A DNA stretch of 63,749 bases, counting the filler, from Licmophora abbreviata (lineage: Eukaryota): NCBI GenBank assembly GCA_900291995.1. It is 19 parts of 19 records of this genome, joined end to end, with 100 filler letters (N's around TTAATTAATTAA, not from the genome) between each part and the next. Parts side by side here need not be neighbours in the genome. Positions count along the whole stretch, not along the records: positions 59,430 to 62,362 come from OLMU01005979.1; positions 62,463 to 63,749 come from OLMU01005983.1; 17 more parts are not named here. One strand, written 5' to 3'. Both the position numbers and the translations under genes were made by a program. The notes under the pieces are model-generated. The model searched no databases. It saw only the letters and a list, made by a program, of their open reading frames with translations, and was not told the DNA's origin. Each line of letters opens with the position of its first letter. The stretch's first letter is position 1. Positions 59,801 through 63,749 of this stretch are shown piece by piece.

Positions 59801-62362
59801 AGTAGGTGAGCGTTGCATTCTCAACTGTCGATACGTCAAAAATCACGGATGAATCTGGATTAAACGCCAGTGTAAACGCCTCCACCTCGAGTGTATCGCC
59901 CTCGGAAGGAGTGCCCGCCAGTGAAAGTTCTATCCCGCCCGCGTTTGGACCTTCTGTGATCAATTCGACATCCACCAGCAGCCCGTCCAGCTCCGTGGCC
60001 AATTTGCCAACAAAATCATCAAGGCTAAGAGCCCTGGCTTTTGGCCCAGAGGTCAGTGGAGAAGAAATTGTAATCGTACTTAATGCACCGTTCTTGGAAA
60101 CATTGACCGTATAGGAGCCATCCATAAGCAAGATTTCAGACGGTAAGTCCTTGAAATTATAAACAAAAACAGTAGCCGGGATAGAAACCTGTCCTCCCGC
60201 CGACGCAACTGCTTCCCCGACAACAGCTTTTGATGTTACGGATAGCGTCGACAATTTGAATATGGAAGCCAAACTCGTAACCGGTTCGCCATCAATGGTC
60301 ACCGCCAACTCAGACCCAGCTGGTACCGAAAAGCTACCGTCTACAAAATCGATATCTTCGACACGATCAACTGCCGGCAGGCCAACGGCGTCTTCCAAAG
60401 AGGACATGTCAGGGCCCGCAGCGCTGCTCAACAACTCAATTGCTGCCTTCAGGCCCGCGATGGAATTTTTGGTCGGCTCATTGCCAGTATTCTCGGGCGC
60501 GTCCGTGTCATCGAGGATCAGCGCCAAGCTTGTGTAATCTTCGCTGTCCGCAAAACCCTGAATCTTTGTTTCAAGATCACCTATCGCTATCGCAATAGAG
60601 TCCTCAATCAGCCCGTATAGCCCGTCCGCGTTGCTCTGCTGCCCGTCAGGGGCAGTGTTCGGAGAACCGATCTTTTCTTTCAACAGCCCAAGATCAACAC
60701 TGGCATCATTTTCTACAGTGGCAAGAGCGGCTTTGAGACCGGCGATGGAGTTTAGCGACGGTGCGATATTATAAACAATATTCCCATCCCCGTCGGTGAC
60801 CACATCTCCGTTTTGGTCGACCTGAGCCTCACCGTCATCGAGAATGTCCGCGATGTCGGTGTCATTGTTGGTCACTTGGGTCTCTAGATCCCTGACGGCC
60901 AGCGTCAGCTTGATTATACCCGGGAAGGAAATAGCCTCGAGACCACTCTTGACGGCTTCGTTACCAGCAGCGTTGATGTCGAGGGGCTCCCCGTCAACAC
61001 GCAGATCAGTTGTAACACCAATGAGTTTGAGGTTCCCTGGCGACGCAAGAAAGTTCAAAAAATCGGCTACTTCATCCGATTTGAGAGCAACCGTCAGTTC
61101 ACCACTGTCGGTAATACTGATGATCGACGACAGGCTGACAAATTGTGCATAGCCGATCACCACACCGGAGGCGATATCGAGCTGCTTACCCGTGATGTCT
61201 ATGCTGTTTGTAACGAAATCGACTGTACCAGAGCGGATTTTTATAGTCTCTATATTTGCACCAATCACGGAGCCCGTTGCCATAACAACAGTATCGTCGG
61301 TGGCATCAGCACTGGTATCAAAGATGAAGCTCAACGTCGTGCCTGACTGAGTTATGCCAGACGTGACAATCTTAAGATTCTTCTGGTCAAATGCAGAAGG
61401 ATTGGGGTCCGTTATATCGATGACCAACTCATCAGAGCCAGCACCGCTATTTCCGGTAAATGCTACTGCTGTCGCCTGCTGCGCACTGATAGTGAAAACA
61501 TCATCACCCGCTGTGGACGCACCGGTCACGTCAACAACCAATTCAACTGAACCAACTATCGACTTACTGAAAAGATTATCTACCGTGGTGGTGGCCGTTA
61601 CCCCTTCACGCACAAATGTTGCGGTTGTCCCCGAGAAAGTTATGGAGATTGGTCCTATCGCGGTACCGGAAAAGCTGACTTCGTCGTTGTTTTCGGTCAC
61701 TTCGAAAGTAATGGTCGTTCCAACCTTGTTCGTCACGCTCTCCCCGCTCAGCGAGGCCGCGTCGTTGCCAGCCGCATCCTGGATGGCGTTGGCGTCATTA
61801 TCCGTTGATGGGTCTGTGTAGCTGACCGTGACCGTTTCGCCATTGGCAATCGCAGCCCCAAGCGTGAGTTCGACCTTGTTGCCGTTGATAGCAACAGCCG
61901 TCGGCGTCACATCCGTGCCGCCCACATTGACCGTAAAGTCGCTCGCAGCAGGCGCATTCTGGTCATCGAGCGCCCCGTCATAGCTCAGAATAACGGTCGC
62001 ACCATTCGTGCTGGTAGCAGCGGAGACAAACACCGGCGGTGTCGTGTCCGGCACGCTGTTGGTCACGCTCTGCGCGCTCAGCGAGGCCGCATCGTTGCCA
62101 GCCGCATCCTGGATGGCGTTGGCGTCATTATCCGTTGATAGGTCTGTGTAGCTGACCGTGACCGTTTCGCCATTGGCAATCGCAGCCCCAAGCGTGAGTT
62201 CGACCTTGTTGCCGTTGATCGTAACAGCGGTATGCGTAACAGGGATGTTATTGACTTTGACTAAGAAGGTGCCATCCTCTGGCCCATTCGTAGTAGCAAG
62301 CTCACCGTCATACGTCAGGATGACCTTCATGCCATCCGTGCTGGTCGCTGCCGAGACAAACA
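47900..62362 (-). CDS. Giant acidic T1SS-secreted surface protein (S-layer/adhesin-like), at least ~4,750 aa, 5' truncated, across gaps 50423 and 59330
   Basis: Three consecutive same-strand contigs open end to end; Cys-free and rich in Asp/Thr/Ala/Gly; SwmB-type repeats; RTX-like GGLGGD; directly upstream of sapC-tolC-ABC-hlyD. Confidence 0.88.
49470..49790 (-). repeat. 159-bp (53-aa) tandem coding repeat
   Basis: FYGD.ALIGED..G.PTGLGVTQT.TNP..GYDAT.GSP..NT occurs twice. Confidence 0.9.
61730..62362 (-). repeat. 330-bp (110-aa) SwmB/SWM-type repeats
   Basis: DTTPPVFVSAATS..G..VIL.YDG.L...NGNKVELTLGAAIANGETVTVSYTD.STDNDANAIQDAAGNDAASLS; 61741-61890 is nearly identical to 62071-62220. Confidence 0.9.
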
Positions 62363-62462
62363 NNNNNNNNNNNNNNNNNNNNNNNNNNNNNNNNNNNNNN
62401 NNNNNNTTAATTAATTAANNNNNNNNNNNNNNNNNNNNNNNNNNNNNNNNNNNNNNNNNNNN

Positions 62463-62612
62463 AGTGGCCAGCACCTCCGCCGCCCCCGGGCTCTGGCGGA
62501 TCTGACCGGTAAATGTCGCCCCCTCCGGAAAGAGCACGCCCTCGGCTTCAAGCCGCAGGCGATAGGCATAGCCGATCATGATGGCCGGCCCCGCATGGAT
62601 CTCGCTCGTCAT
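62463..62612 (-). CDS. Hypothetical phage protein, 3' truncated
   Basis: ATGA overlap with the upstream lipoprotein gene; MTSEIHAGPAIMIGY. Confidence 0.6.
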
Positions 62613-62794
62613 GGCTGCCATCCGCAGACCGCAGCCCCGGTTTCGTTATGGATCAGGATCTGGCGGGCCGTGGCCTCTGTCAGCTGATCCGCTACAGAGG
62701 GCCGGATCGGGGTGGCCCAGTCACAATCACTCGTGATCCTGATCCCGCATCCAGCGAGAGAGACGCCGAGCAATACCGGTATGATCCTCCGCAT
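62609..62794 (-). CDS. o-spanin-like (Rz1-like) small lipoprotein
   Basis: MRRIIPVLLGVSLAGC lipobox; overlaps the 3' end of the i-spanin-like gene out of frame. Confidence 0.75.
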   Translation of the reverse strand: MRRIIPVLLGVSLAGCGIRITSDCDWATPIRPSVADQLTEATARQILIHNETGAAVCGWQP

Positions 62795-62993
62795 CCACAT
62801 TGCGCCGCACCTCCGCTGCTTTTTGCAAAACCCGCACCCGCGCCTCGGCGCGTTTCACTGCGAAGCGGGCTTCGCCCGCCGCACGCCCGTGTCGCCAGAT
62901 CATCCAGACTGCCACCAACACCGCGAGCCCGAGGCTGCCTGCGTAGATGAGGCGCCGGGAGGCCCGCGAGAGGCCAAGCCAGAGCCAGCTCAT
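62727..62993 (-). CDS. i-spanin-like (Rz-like) membrane protein
   Basis: N-terminal TM helix then a charged helix; ATGA overlap with the lysin stop. Confidence 0.7.
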   Translation of the reverse strand: MSWLWLGLSRASRRLIYAGSLGLAVLVAVWMIWRHGRAAGEARFAVKRAEARVRVLQKAAEVRRNVDAEDHTGIARRLSRWMRDQDHE

Positions 62994-63634
62994 CCCAGCC
63001 CCATCAGGATCTTTCTGACCCGCTCGCGCGCGATCCAGAGGGCGGTGAGGGCAACAAGCCCGGCCAGAGCCAGCGCCACGATCTGGGCTGTGCCATCCAG
63101 CGAGCGCAGCGCCTCAAAAGCCCCGCCAGCGGCCGCTACCACCTGCACGGATGCAGCCTGCACCGTCGTGCTGCCCTTGATTGTTCCACGTCTGGCGGGC
63201 AGAGCCGCAGGCTCCACAGCCCGGCGGACCGCCACCACGCGCGCCACCGGGTACCCGGTGATATTCACCTGATCACCCTGGTTGCCGCCCAGCAGATAGA
63301 CCTTTTCGCCGTCCACCCGGTCGTAAAACGCCACATGGCCCTGCCAGGGCGCCCCGCGCGAGAGCACCACCACGTCGCCAGGCCGGGCTTCCGGGAGAGA
63401 AACGGCCCGTCCCCAGCTCTCATAGCTGCGTGCCAGAAGCGAGCCCGTGCCCTGCACGCCGCATCGCGCGAGCACGGCGCCGACGAAGGCCGCGCACCAC
63501 GGCACCTCGTCGCGGGTCTGGGGCACGCCGGCCTCTTTGTAATAAGCCAGAACGCGCGGGTTATCCCCCTTGGCCCATTCCCAGACCCCTTCATCGGCCT
63601 TGGCAGTGTGGTAAATCAGATCTCCGATCTGCAT
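62990..63634 (-). CDS. TIGR02594-family (NlpC/P60-CHAP-like) phage lysin with hydrophobic C-terminal tail
   Basis: DEVPWCAAFVG, ARSY..WG, PGDVVV, GHVAF, LGGNQGDQV; GAGGAG RBS before ATG 63634. Confidence 0.88.
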   Translation of the reverse strand: MQIGDLIYHTAKADEGVWEWAKGDNPRVLAYYKEAGVPQTRDEVPWCAAFVGAVLARCGVQGTGSLLARSYESWGRAVSLPEARPGDVVVLSRGAPWQGHVAFYDRVDGEKVYLLGGNQGDQVNITGYPVARVVAVRRAVEPAALPARRGTIKGSTTVQAASVQVVAAAGGAFEALRSLDGTAQIVALALAGLVALTALWIARERVRKILMGLG

Positions 63635-63646
63635 GCTGCTCTCCTC

Positions 63647-63677
63647 AAAAAGCAAAAGCCGCCCCGAGGGGCGGCTT
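63647..63677 (-). terminator. Intrinsic terminator directly upstream of the lysin RBS
   Basis: AAGCCGCCC-CTCG-GGGCGGCTT followed by TTGCTTTTT. Confidence 0.8.
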
Positions 63678-63749
63678 GTTGTGTCATCATGTCTTGTCAG
63701 TGGCTCAGAGCGGGCGGCTGCCTTTACTCGGAAGCAGCGATCTCTGCCT

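Noticed and set aside
62363..62462. Giant gene being part of the adjacent phage contig
   Set aside because: No overlap or frame continuity across this linker
36862..63749. Large bacterial insertion (HGT) into the diatom genome
   Set aside because: Boundary coincides with a linker; intact operon signals and no introns
1..63749. rRNA, tRNA, CRISPR arrays, transposases, integrases
   Set aside because: None recognisable by eye; a covariance-model scan is needed to exclude small RNAs

Overview
The window is a pseudo-scaffold of 19 pieces joined by 18 identical artificial 100-bp linkers (44 N + TTAATTAATTAA + 44 N), and it mixes two organisms. Bases 1-36761 are a compact eukaryotic genome that looks like a diatom: short GT-AG introns, signal-peptide+AF-type bipartite plastid leaders and a DUF6824-type protein. 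Genes there include an ABCG transporter, a bacterial-type topoisomerase IA fused to three HMG boxes, an M6 metalloprotease with a mucin-like stalk, a stand-alone DNMT1-RFD-like protein, a UDP-Gal transporter, a DnaJ membrane protein and an FLVCR-like MFS transporter. Bases 36862-63749 are an alphaproteobacterium (Rhodobacteraceae-like) carrying two divergent toxin-antitoxin pairs, a type I secretion locus (giant substrate of at least ~4,750 aa, sapC, tolC, ABC, hlyD, PAS kinase, ialB, hypothetical) and a phage lysis cassette. The most striking signal is the nested architecture of the giant protein: a conserved scaffold repeat whose 3-residue loop is replaced in some copies by divergent, AT-richer 133-161 aa domains, with further insertions at other levels. 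At least five genes in both organisms are broken by single-base homopolymer deletions, most likely sequencing errors. All family assignments come from motif recognition by eye; no searches were run.
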